A DNA stretch of 64,000 nucleotides, from NCBI RefSeq assembly GCF_963921235.1, contig NC_086109.1, positions 15,812,001 to 15,876,000 on the forward strand, read 5' to 3'. Every line of letters begins with the position of its first letter. Positions within the stretch are counted from its first letter, which is position 1. Position numbers and translations under genes: made by a program. The notes under the pieces were generated by a model. That model did no database searches, had not been told where the DNA came from, and was given only the letters and a program-made list of their open reading frames with translations. The stretch is from Mobula hypostoma. Taxonomy: Eukaryota. Below, one piece after another: positions 38,601-50,850 of the stretch.

Positions 38601-39799
38601 AAATGTTTGTTAATAGGGAGAGAACTGAACTGGGGCTGATGAACCTTCCGGGACGAGTTTCTCTTCGAACAGTAGAGAACTTCTACCTAATGTATATCTT
38701 GGCAAAGGCAGTAAGACCTGAGATCTGAATGAAGAGCCCTTGCTACTGTATTCCATTTAGAGACTCACCAATATAGTTCTTCATCTCTCCACTAAGTAGC
38801 TGAATATAAATTTTGTTAGACTGATTTCAGCCATGATAAATTTACTTAACTTTAAAGTCAGTAAATGTACAATACCGAATGCAGACAATAAATTTACAGC
38901 AGTTATGAAATATGTTAATCTTCCCTAAAAGCTCCAGCAACATTTATTGTTTTATTATATCACAAACTTGGTTGTTCATCTTTTATGTGGATATTGTAGC
39001 TCAGTATTCCTGCCGTCTTTGGACTGACTATGTATCGCTAAAGATCGGCCAAGATCTGACATTTATGGACTACCCCAGATAGGACACCACTTTATTGACA
39101 CCACAACCTCTGAGGTAAGTGGAGATCATTGGAGAATTCTCAAAACAATCATGTGGGAGAGCCATACTGTTGTAATTGTCTCGGATTTATCTCAGGTGCG
39201 TTATTTATCTGACCCCTGCTCACTGTAGGAAGAGCAATCCTGCCTGTGCCAGGCTTTGACCTTGGGCTCTGTTCACAAGGATTATTTGTGAATGGACTCT
39301 GTGGACTGTTTGTTTCAGTAAGCTTTTCAAAGGGACTCATATCAGTTCAACCCATTAGCAACACAGTGATATCAATAGACTCTATAGACATAAGACCATA
39401 AGGCCATATGGCAACAGAGCCAAATTGGGCCATTCAGCCCATTGAGTCTATGCCACCATTCCATCACAGATGATTTATCTTCCCTCTCTACCCCATTCTC
39501 TTACCGACCCACATAACCTTTGACACCTTTACTAATCAAGAGTTTATCAACCCCTGCTTTAAATACACCCAATGACTTGGTCTCCACAGCAGTACATGAC
39601 ATTAAATTCCATGGATTCACTACCTTTCTTTCTAAAGAAATCCCTCCACATCTGTGTTCTAAAGGGATGCTCTTATATTCTAAGGCTATGCCCTCTGATC
39701 CTAGGCTCCCCCACTGTAGGAAATATCCTCCCCCTGTCCACTCTATCTAGGCTTTTAATATTTGATAAGTTTCAATGAGATCTCCCCTCATTCTTATCA

Positions 39800-40203
39800 A
39801 TAGAACCACAGAACATTACAGCACAGAAACAGGCCTTTTGGCCCTTCTTGGCTGCGCCGAACCATTTTTCTGCCTAATCCTACTGCCATGCACCTGGAAC
39901 ATATCGCTCCATACACCTCTCATTCATGTACCTGTCCAAGTTTTTCTTAGATGTTAAAAGTGAGCCCGCATTTACCACTTCATCTGGCCGCTCATTCCAC
40001 ACTCCCACCACTCTCTGTGTGAAGAAGCCCCCCCCCAATGTTCCCTTTAAACTTTTCCCACTTCACCCTTAACCCATGTCCTCTGGGTTTTTTCTCCCCT
40101 ACCCTCAGTGGAAAAAGCCTGCTTGCATTCACTCTATCTATACCCATCATAATTTTATATACCTCTATCAAATCTCCCCTCATTCTTCTACGCTCCAGGG
40201 AAT
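39800..40203 (-). mobile_element. Young CR1 3' end
   Basis: ORF MRGDLIEVYKIMMGIDRVNASRLFPLR, near-identical to the copy at 24231-25160. Confidence 0.9.
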
Positions 40204-40699
40204 ATAGTTAAAGATAATTTGAATTTACGCAGAAACCATGGCGCATTGAATGCTTCCTTAATAAAGTCAGAGTCAAAGAACATTGCAGCACAGAAAAAGG
40301 CCCTCTGGCCCATCTAGCCCAGTCTAAACTTTTATTCTGCCTAGTCCCATCAACCTGCACCTGGACCATAGCCTTCCATATCTCTTTCATGCATGTACCT
40401 ATCCATCCTTCTCTTAAATGTTGAAATCAAACCACTTCTACTGATAGTTCACACCACCCGCTGAGTGAAGAAGTTCCCTTCAGGTTCCTTTTAAATATTT
40501 CACCTTTCATCTTGAACCTATGAGCTCTAGTTCCAGTTTCATCCAGCCCCAGTGGAAAAGGCTGGCTTGCATTAAACTTGTCTATACCACTGATAATTAT
40601 GTATGCAAATTTTATTTAATATTAAGCCACTGCTAACTCTTTGAACTATGCTGCTGTAGGTATGAACTCCAAATGAGTGATGATTTCTGAATTGCTTTC

Positions 40700-41080
40700 T
40701 TCTCTGCTGCAGATTTACCTCTGCTTTGGGATCCCTTCTGTTTGTTGTCCTTGTGTTGCATTCTTCCAGTGCTGCAATTTCCCAATGCACAGTGTCCCTG
40801 TGCTACAGTTTCCTATTATGCAGCAGTTTTTAATGCAGTTTGTTCTGCTGCAGTTTTTCCTTTACTGCACCTCCCTCTCTGCTGCCATTTCCTGCACTGT
40901 TGTCTACCTATCACTGCAGCGTTCCTCTGTTCTGCAGTTTTCTTTGTGCTGCTTTAACTGATGTGCTGTTTCCCCTGCGCTGCAAGCTTTTGTGTGTTGC
41001 AGTCTTTATTAACAACAGCAGTCTCCTCTGTGCTGCAGTATTTGCCTACCTTTGCAGTTTGACCTGAGCTACACTTTTTT
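40700..41080. repeat. Degenerate ~16-18 bp minisatellite, block 1
   Basis: Recurrent unit approximating yytgtgctgcagttttc. Confidence 0.7.
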
Positions 41081-41194
41081 CTCCCACAATTTTTCTCTTC
41101 ATCGCCATTTCTTTTGTGGCTATATTTCAATCGGAGCTTGACATTTTGCTTGCCACAGTTCCTGAGAAGATAATGGATTGTGCATAATTAGGTT

Positions 41195-44100
41195 TTTGGC
41201 AAGGCCCAATAAAAAGAAGTTAGGCTTAAATGGAGCAGCCAATGTGTGAGTGGACCAGTGTTAGAGTGGGGAGTTGAGCCTTTGGCGAGGAGGTGTCAGG
41301 CGTAGGTAGATGTTTTCTCATTATTTATTCTTTCTTTCTTTGTTATTGCACTTTTAGAGCAGTGGGGATGCCAGGTAGAAAAATGGAACGCTCCTCTTTC
41401 AGAATGTGGGAGGCACAGAGACCTTCAGTGTCCCTGACGATACACCTAAGGAAGTGCATTCAGCTGCAGCCTGTAACAATCCGCGTTAAGGAATTGGAGC
41501 TGGAACAGGATGAACTCGAGATCATTCAGGAGGCTGAGGGGTTAATAGACAGGACATACAAGAAGACAGTCACACCAGGACGCAGGTAACTGGGTGACCA
41601 TCAGGAGGGGGAAAGAGGATAGGCAGCCAAATGCAGCGTCCTTTTGTGGTCATTCCCCCCGACAACAGATATACTACTCTGAATGCTGTCGAGGAGATTG
41701 ACCTAGCATAGGAAAGCCACAGCAGTCAGATCTCTGGCTCTGTGGCTCAGGAAGGAAGTGGGAAGAAAAGGCGAACTGTAGTGATGGGGGATTTGTTGGT
41801 GAGGGGAACAGAAAGGAGGTTCTGTGGACGAGGATGAGATATCTGGATGGTATGGTTCCTCTTGGGTGCCATAGTCAGGGATTGAGTCCACAGCATTTTT
41901 AAGCAGGGTAGTGAGCAGCCAGAGGTCTTGGTCCACATCAGTGCCAATGACATGGGTAGGAAGGGTGATGAAGTCCTGTAAAGGAAGTTCAGATAGTTAA
42001 GTACTATGTTAAAGGACATGACCTCCAGGTTGGGATCTCAGGATTGCTACCCGTGCCACGTGCTAGAGAGGGAGGCCTGAAATAGGAAGATTTATTTATT
42101 TATTTAAATTTTATTTGTTTATTGAGATACAGCATGGAATAGTCCCTTCCTGCCTACTGAGCCACGCTGCCTGGCAACTCCCAATTTAACCCTCGCCTAA
42201 ACATGGGACAATTTACAATGACCAATTAACCCACCAGTCGCTGGTACTGTGAAGCTTTGTGCTAACCACCATGTTAATGTGGCTAAGGAGATGGTGCATG
42301 AGGGAGGGAATCAGATCGTTGGATCATTGGGCTCTCTTTCAGGGAAGGTGGAACCTGTACAGAAGGGATGATTTGCACCTAAACAGGAAGGAGACTAATA
42401 TCCTGGCGGGAAAGTTTGCTAGTGCTGCACGAGGGGGGAGAGGGGTTTAAACTGGAGTTGCATGGGAATGGGAACCAGAGCACCTGAACAGATAGTGTAG
42501 AGGTTGTGGAGAGAGATGTTGCTAAGCCTGCATATAAAGTCAGGGACTATTTGTTTAGCATGGGGGGACTAATGTTCTGAGCTACATAGATTTTTATGCA
42601 ATGAGTATTGTAAGAAAGACAGATGAGTTTAGGGCATTGCTTAGATTGTAGGATTATGACATTGTAGCCATTTGTGACACGTGGTGCAGGAGGGGCAGGA
42701 CTAGAAACTCAGTGTCCTGAGGTTCCATGGTTTTAGACGTGATAGAGTGGGAGGGATTAAAGAGAGAGGGTGGCATTACTAGTCAAGGACAATGTTATGG
42801 CAATGCTCAGTCAGGACAGACTGGAGAGCTCGTCCAGTGAAGCTTTATGGGTAAGATAGAGGAATAAGAATGGTATCATCCCTTAATGGGATTATTTTAT
42901 AGATCACCTAACAGTCCATGGGATTTAGAGGAGCAAATTTGTAGAAAGATTGCAGACTATTGTAGGAAACATAAAGTTGTGATAGTAGGTGATTTTAACT
43001 TTCCATATATTGACTGGGACTCCCATAGTGTAAAATGACTGGATGGGAAAGAGTTTATCAAATGTGTTCAGGAGAATTTTCATAATCGGTACGTAGAAGT
43101 TCCTACTAGAGAGAGTACAATACCAGATGTCCTATTGGCAAATCAGGCACGACAAGTGACAGAGTCTGTGTAGGGGAAAACTTTTCATCTCGTGATCAGA
43201 ATGCCATTGATTTCAAGTTAAATATGGAAAAAGATAGATCTAGTCACCGGGTTAAAATTGTAAATTTGAGGGGCCCTAGCAGAGATATTTAAAATGTCTT
43301 TAGCCACAGTTGAGATGTTGGAGGATTAGAGGAGAGCTAATGTTGTTCTGTTGTTTAAGAAAGGTTTGAAGAACAAGCCAGGAAATTATAGGCGGATGAG
43401 CCTGACATTAGCAGTGGGAAAGTTATTGGAACGTATCCTAAGAGACCAGATATGTAAGAATTTGAATAGGCAGGGACTGATAAAGGATAGTCAACATGGC
43501 TTTGTGTGTGGTAGGTCATGTCTAACCCATCTTACAGAGTTTGTTAAGGAAATTACCAGGAAAGTTGATGAAGGCAGGGCAATGGATGTTGACTACACGG
43601 ACTCTGGCAAGGCCTTTGACAAGGTCCCAATAGGAAGTTGGCCAAGAAGGTTCAGTCACTCAGCATTCAAGATGTGGTGGTAAGTTGGACGAGACACTAG
43701 GTTTGTGGGAGAAGCCAGGGAGTGGTAGTAGATGATCACCTCCCTGACTGGAGGTCTGTGACTAGTTGTGTGCCACAGGGATCGGTGGGTCAGTTGTTGT
43801 TTGTCATCTATATCAACAACCTGGATGATGATGTGGTTAACTGGATCAGCAAATTTGCAGATGATACCAAGATTGGGGTATAGTGGAAAGTGAGAAAGGC
43901 TATCAACGCTTGTGGAGGGATCTGGACCAGCTGGAAAAATGGGCTGAAAAATATCAGATGGAATTTAATGTAGATAAGTGTGAGGTGTTGCACTTTGGTA
44001 GGCCCAACCAGGGTAGGTCTTACACAGTGAATGGCAGGGCACTGAGGAGTACTGTAGAATAGAGGGAACTGGGACTAGAGATTCATAACTCCTTGAAAGT

Positions 44101-44760
44101 GGCATCACATATAGATAGGGACATAAAGCAAACCTCAGCACATTGGCCTTCATAGAGCAAAGTATCGAGTACAGGAGTTGGGATGTTATGTTGAAATTAT
44201 ACAAGATGTTGGTAAGGGCTAATTTGGAATATTGTATCCAATTTGAGTCAGCTACCTAAAGGAAAGGTATAAGTAAGATTGTAAGAATGCAGAGAAAACT
44301 TACAAGGATGTTGCTGCGACTTGAGGACCAGAGTTCTCGAGAAGGGTTGAATAGATTAAGACTTCATTCACTAGAAAGCAGAAGATTTAGGGGTGATTTG
44401 ATAGAGGTACACAAATTTATGAGAGGTATAGAGAGCAAATGCAAGCATGCCCTTTCTACTGAAGTTGGGTGAAATTATAACTAGAGGTCATGGGTTAAAT
44501 GTGAAAGGTGAAGAGATTAAGAGGAACATGAGGTGGAACTTCTTCACTCAGAGGGTCTTGAGAGTGTAAATGAGCTGCCAGTACGAGTGGTGAATGCAGG
44601 TCAATTTCCGCATTTACGAGAAATTTGGGTAGGTACATGGATGATAGGTGAACGGAAGGCAATAGTGTTTTGGTGCAGATTGATGGGTCTAGGCAAATTA
44701 ATGGTTTTACATGGGCTAGATGGGCTGAAGGGTCTGTTTCAGACTACGACTCTATTACCT
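41195..44760 (+). pseudogene. Near full-length decayed CR1 LINE (ORF1, endonuclease, RT) with internal deletion near 43270
   Basis: ORF1 esterase-like motifs (VVMGDLLVRG, LYRRDDLHLN), endonuclease VIVGDFNFP, RT PGNYR, SQHGF..GRSCLT, KAFDKVP, KFADDTK; SINE fragment inserted ~42091-42270. Confidence 0.9.
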
Positions 44761-45274
44761 TAGATTTATTACATTACCAAAGACTTCAGCAAATTTCTGC
44801 ATATGTACCATGCTGAGTATTCTAACTGCTTGTTGATACGTAGGGGCCACTGCACAGGATCAGAAAAAGCTGTAGTGGGCTTTAAACTCAGCTAACTTCA
44901 TCACGGGGGCTAGCCTCCCCACCACTGAGGACACCTTCACAAGACAAAGGTGATATCCATTATTAAGGACCCCCACCACTCAGGACATGTCTTCTACGCA
45001 TTACTACCATCAGGGAGGAGGTACAGGAGCCTGAAGGCACACAATCAATGTTTTAGGGACAGCTTCCTCCCCTCCACCATCAGATTTCTAAGTGAAACCC
45101 ATGAGCAGCAGCTCACTATTCTTGGTCTTTTTTGTGCTACATATTTATTTTTTAGCATATATTACTCATTATAATTTATAGTATGTTTACGTATTGCACC
45201 ACACTGCTGCCGCAAAACAACAAATCCCATGACGTACATCAGTGATATTAAACCTGATTCTGATTCTGAATCAG

Positions 45275-45560
45275 TGAGCTGCATGTCCCTCGTCCTTCAG
45301 ATTGTATGCTACTGCAGTGTAAACACTTTGCTACAGCTGTCCTTCCCCTTTAGTTTAAACTCTGCTGCGTTTCACCCCGCTGCAGATTTTTGTTTCTTCT
45401 GCAACCACTGACTAGGTGCTGTGGTGACACCGCAGATGCTGCACATATTATCGATTTTTCGTGTGCGGCAGATTTCCGACGCACTGCAGTTTCTCTTCGC
45501 CTGGAGCAAAGCTTTCCCCTCTGCTGAAGAAGTTCTTTACCCAACTGATTTCATTGTACC
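45275..45560. repeat. Degenerate minisatellite, block 2
   Basis: Same gctgcagtttt-like unit. Confidence 0.55.
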
Positions 45561-46117
45561 TCCATGAACACAGGAGAACATAAAACACAGAAAGGTCAAC
45601 ATTTCGGGCTGTGACCCTTTGTCTGGAGTAGAAGGGGGACAAAACCAGAATAAGACCTCCTCACCTGGTTTCACCTATCAAAGTCAAAGTAAATTTTTAT
45701 TATCAGAATACATACATGTTACCACATACAACCCTGAGATTCTTTTTCCTGCGGGCATACTCAGCAAATCTATAGAATAGTAACTGTAAACAGGATCAAA
45801 GAAAGATCAAGTAGAGCATAGAAGACAACAAATTGTGCAAATGCAAATATAAATAATTAGCAATAAATTACAAGAGCAAGAAATAACAAAATAAAGAGTC
45901 CTTTAAGTGAGATCATTTGTTGAGAAAACATCTCAATGGATGAGTGTTGTTATCCTCTTTTGTTCAACAGCCTGATGGCTGAGGGGTAGAAACTGTTCTT
46001 GAACCTGGTGGTGCGAGCCCTAAGGCACTTGTACCTTTTACCTGTTGGCAGCAGCGAGAAAAGAGCATGGCTTGAGTGGTGAGGATCTTTGATGATGGAT
46101 GCTGCTTTCCTACGACA

Positions 46118-46683
46118 GCATCAAGAAAGCTCACCTCTGTCCCAGGATACTGATGGACTTTTACCGCTGTACCATTGAGAGCATACTCACCAACTGCATC
46201 TCAGTATGGTATGGCAATTGTCCAGTATCAGACCGCAAAGCACTCCAGCGTGTGGTGAAAACTGCCCAGGGGATTATCGACGTCCAATTGCCCACCATTG
46301 AGAACATCTACCATAAACGCTGCCTGGGCAGGGCGAAAGGAATCATCAAGGATGCATCTCACCGTAACCATGGACTTTTTACTCTCCTCCCATCCGATAG
46401 GCACTACAGGAGCTTCTGCTCCCGCACCAGCAGGCACAGGAAGAGCTTCTTCCCTGAGGCTGTGACCCTGCTGAACCTCACATCACAGTGCTAAGCAGTA
46501 TTGCACCATATTGTACTGTCTCAGTACTTTTATATTTGTGTGCTGTAGCACTTACTTTTTATTCACAGTTATTTTGTAAATAACACTATTCTTCGCATTT
46601 CTGGTCAGATGCTAACTGCATTTCATTGGCTTTGTATCTGTACTCGGCACAATGACAATAAAGTTGAATCTAAGCTAATCTAA
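46118..46683 (+). mobile_element. Young Rex1/Babar 3' end nested in an older antisense Rex1 fragment
   Basis: Open ORF FYRCTIESILTNCISVWYGNC..DRKALQRVVKTAQ..LLPSDRHYRS..SFFPEAV; (ctaat)n tail. Confidence 0.9.
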
Positions 46684-46859
46684 TCATTCCATGTAGAATG
46701 GAAGCTTGCATTCCTTCCCCTCCCCCCTATCTTCTTATTCTAGCTTCTTTCCCCTTCCTTTCAGGCCTGATGAAGGGTATCAACCTGAAATATTGACTGC
46801 TTATCACCCTCCATGGGTGCTGCCTGACCTGCTGAGTTCCTCCTCATTTTGTGTGTGCT

Positions 46860-47310
46860 CCCCTGTGCTACCATTTATCTTGTGGCACACTCGGCCCTGC
46901 ATCGTAGTTTCCCTGTACTTCATCTTCCATGCAGCATTGAAAACTTTCCTTTGCAGCTGCTGTTCCTTGAACTGCAGGTTTTACCCGTCAATGTGCTTCA
47001 GGGATTTTTACGGCTGCGGTTCCAACGTCCCGAAGTTTTCCCAGTGTTAATGGCTTTTGTGTGCTGTTGTTTTTAAGCTGCTGCACTTTATCACTGGCTG
47101 CATTCTCTACTCTGTCGATTTCCGTTTGCAACCATTCATCACTTAGTGCAGTTTTTCTCATCCTGCACTTCCCATTTTGCTGCAGTGTGTCATGCCTGTT
47201 TTTGTCGTGGGCTGCAATCTTTCTAAGGCTGCATTCTTCTACGGCAGCTGCCTTTTCCCTCTGCTGCAGTTTTGGCTTGCATTGCGGGTGTATTTGGTGT
47301 TTCTTTTTGA
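46860..47310. repeat. Degenerate minisatellite, block 3
   Basis: Same gctgcagtttt-like unit. Confidence 0.65.
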
Positions 47311-47397
47311 TTGGTCACATCACCAAACAAGAAAAGATGCCTAAACAGATAAGCAAAACTCAAAGCAAAAATACCTGTAGTGACTCCAGCACAAAAG

Positions 47398-47675
47398 GCG
47401 GGCACAGTAGCATAGTGGTTAATACAACCCTTTACAGTACTAGCGACCTGTGTTCAATTCCCACTGCTGCCTGTAAGGAGCTTGTACATTCTCCTCGTGA
47501 CTACTTGGGTTTCCTCCAGGTGCTCTGGTTTCCTCCCACAGTCCAAAGATGTACCAGTTGATAGGTTAATTGGTCATTGTAAACGGTCCCGTGATTAGGC
47601 TAGGGTTAAAATCGGGGGATTGCTCAAAGGAAGGACCGATTCTGCACTGTATCTCAGTCAGTAAGTAAATAAAAT
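47398..47675 (+). mobile_element. V-SINE (HE1-like)
   Basis: ggcacagtagcatagtggtt A box, gttcaattcc B box, V-core gggtttcctccaggtgctctggtttcctcccacagtccaaag. Confidence 0.85.
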
Positions 47676-49589
47676 AACTAACTAAAACACTTCAGAGAGT
47701 GTACTAGATGTGGCATAAATAGAGTTGACAGCAGTATTTTTTTTCCCCCTCAGGGTTGAAATGGCTAGTGCCAGATGGGATGCCTTAAGGTGAACAGGCA
47801 CTAATTTAGTGGAGTCGTGCAGGCGGGGCCAGTTCATTACCCAGAGACTGGTGAGTGCCTGGAACGGGCTACCTGTCGTGCTGGTGGGGCATTCATGAGG
47901 CTCTTAAAGACACACATGAAAGTGCAAGAAGTAGTAAGATATGGACACAGTGTCGACAGAAGGGAACAGTTTAGTTGAGCATTTGATTACTAATTTAATT
48001 AGATCGGCACAATATTGTGGGCTGTAGATCCGTCCCTCTGTTGTGCTGCTCTCTGTTTGATGGGTGGGTCTTGGCTTTGCCAGAGTTCAGCCTTCAGCTG
48101 GAGTTACAATTTGTTGAACACACTCTCTTTACCGAACAAGGTTCATGACTGCAGGAGGAATCGCGAGTGGGAGGAAGGGAGGATTTCCATCCTGGATGAT
48201 TGCTCAGTTGGACCCACAGTGGCGTCAGGTGGGAGTAAGTGTTATGAAGGCCCTGAGGAAAAGTCATTTTGTTTACCATTACATCCCTATTTCACCGAAA
48301 TGATCTCCTCTGGGCATTAAACAACGATAAGGCCTGCAAAGGTCACCACAATGCATCGCCCAGCTGCTTTAGTTCCTCATTCTGCAGTGGATGAGATTAC
48401 TGTGTCATTGTTCCTCTTGTGCTGGCATTTTGAATGGAGACCATTGAAACATGTGAATGTAGATTTTGGAAGAGCTTACTCCTCCAAAGAAGGAGAGTGT
48501 ACTAGAAATAATATAGTGGTAAAGAAAGAAAAAAATCAGGAAATATTGGATGCATTTTGATTAAAAGTCATTACACTTAAATGTTCTCTCTGCTTCCACC
48601 TCCACAGATGCTGCCCGACCTGCTGAGGATTTCCAGGAATATCATTACCTGAAATATTCTTCCAAAATGATCGAAAATAATTTCTGAGGAGAGAGTGCGC
48701 AAACTTTCAATGAGAACAGAAAATTCTGGAAACGCTCAGCAAATTAGGCAGCATTTATGGAAAGTGAAACAGAGTTAACTTTACAGACTGAGTCCTTTCA
48801 TCAATTCAATGTGAAATGTTAACTCTAATTCTCTTTCCAGAGATGCTCACTAATGTGCTGAAACTTTCCAGCATTATCTATTGCATATTTCAGATTCAGA
48901 TTTTGTTTTATTTATCCCATGTATGTCGAATAATACAGTGAGCTGCATCATTTGCATTGACAACCAACACAACCTAAAGGTATGCTAAGGGCAGCCCTGA
49001 AGAATCTCCGCACAGGGTGGTGCCAATATAACATGCGCACCATGTTCAAGACAAGAACAACACAACCCAGTACAGAGCAACAGATCAAAACGAGACAACA
49101 ACAGCAAAACAAGCCCCCTTCACATCCTTGCACCTCCCCCACAAACACAGGCCTACAATCCCAGGAAAGGCTGCTTCTGGACCTCCAGTCCTGGGCCTTA
49201 GACTCTCGCATTGGAGACATCAGGCCTCTAACCTCCAGTCTTCCCCCAGACCTCAGACTTACAGACATCGACCTGGGCTCACTCTCCACCTTTGGAATCA
49301 TCAACTTTGGTCTTTGACCAGAATCTGCAGGTTTTCGCTTCAACTTCCTTTATTGCAGATATTTGCCTTTAATTCAAAACACTGCTAAGAATGTATATTA
49401 CAGCAATAGCCCTCTCAGACCGTCCAGTCTACATCAGCCATCTTCCAAAACCAAAGTCAAAGTTGAGTTTATTGCCATGTGCATTAGTACATATGTGCAC
49501 AGATGAAATAAACATATTGCTTACAGCAACATCACAGGTACATAGCATCAGATGTACAACATTCATAAGCATAAATTAAACATAAATTA

Positions 49590-49950
49590 CATATGTGCTG
49601 TGTGACATAGGCAATCATGGTCTTTGACATGGTTGTTCCTGGTAATTTTTCTATGGAAGTGGTTTGTCATTGCCTTCTTCTGGGCAATGTCTTTACAAGA
49701 CAGGTGACCCCAGCCATTATCAATACTCTTCAGAGATTGTCTTCCTGGTGTCAGTGATTGCATCACCAGGACTTGTAATGTGCACCAGCTACTCACACGA
49801 CCATCCACAACCTGCTCTCATGGCTTCACATGTCCCTGATCAGGGGGCTAAGCAGGTGCTACACCTTGCCCAAGGGTGACTGCAGGCTAACAGAGGGAAG
49901 GAACGCCTTACACCTCCTTTGGTAGAGATGAATCTTCACCCTGCACCCAA
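49590..49950 (-). mobile_element. RTE-related non-autonomous element, copy 2
   Basis: Colinear with 19480-19830. Confidence 0.75.
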
Positions 49951-50529
49951 AATTTATATATAAAGAACAGAAGAAGAAGGAACTGAATTTGAACACAAAA
50001 AAAAACCCGAAGTCCTCTGTAGAGCAAAGTGGTCAGAGTGATTGTATATTGAGGCAGTAATTATCAATATGCCGATTGGCTCAAAAATCAAATAGATGAG
50101 GAGAGCAAGCTTGAACGTTATGCCGCAGGACGTCAGGCTCCTGTACCTCATACCCATTGGTAGCTGTGGGAAGATGGCATGGCTTGGATGGTGGAGATCT
50201 TTGATGACAGAAATGGCTTCCTTGACGCAGCACCTTCTGTGGATACTGCTGATGGTGGGAAGGGATGTATTCCCCACTTGTGCCTCTGCAAACTAGTCTC
50301 TCACGTGCTTTTCCCTGATGCTCCTGTCACCATCTATATGGTGGGTATTTAACCGGCCAGCATGTCTTTGAGATCTGGGGCCCTGCTAATGGTCTTGCAG
50401 CACACACACACAAACAGCATTCTGGGTCAAGATCAGACTGGGTCACCAGAACTCTGCCCCAACAGCACTAAACTCTGCTCCACTCTGCCATATCTCGTTT
50501 CCCCATAAATGCATCCCCGTTAAGATTAA

Positions 50530-50850
50530 AGATTCTCTTTATTCGTCACATGTATGTTCAAACATATAGTAAAATACGCTGGCTGCATCAACGACCAACA
50601 CAATCTGAGGATGTGCTGGGGGCAGCCTGGATGTGTCACCATGCTTCCGGCTCCAACAAAGCAGGCCCGCAGCTCACTAACCCCAGGCCATATATCTTTG
50701 GAATGTGGGAGGAAGCCAAAGCACCCAGAGGAAACCCACAGGCTCACAGGGAGAACAAACAAACTTCTTACAGACAGCAGCAGGAATTGATCCCCTGATC
50801 ATCCGGTCACTGTGTTGTAAAACGATTGCACTAACCACTATGCTACAGTT
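50530..50850 (-). mobile_element. V-SINE with Rex1-like tail
   Basis: Antisense V-core tctttggaatgtgggaggaagcc..gcacccagaggaaaccca. Confidence 0.75.

Noticed and set aside
40677..41067. Cys/Leu/Phe-rich ORFs open in all three plus frames, with similar ORFs at 46706-47561
   Set aside because: Explained by the A-poor minisatellite, which rarely makes stop codons; not evidence of a repetitive protein
47398..47470. tRNA-like A and B boxes
   Set aside because: These are SINE heads followed by V-core and tail, not tRNA genes
48141..48234. Candidate exon reading GGFPSWM, reminiscent of GH35 beta-galactosidases
   Set aside because: The preceding GPYI.AEW motif is absent and no other exons of such a gene were found
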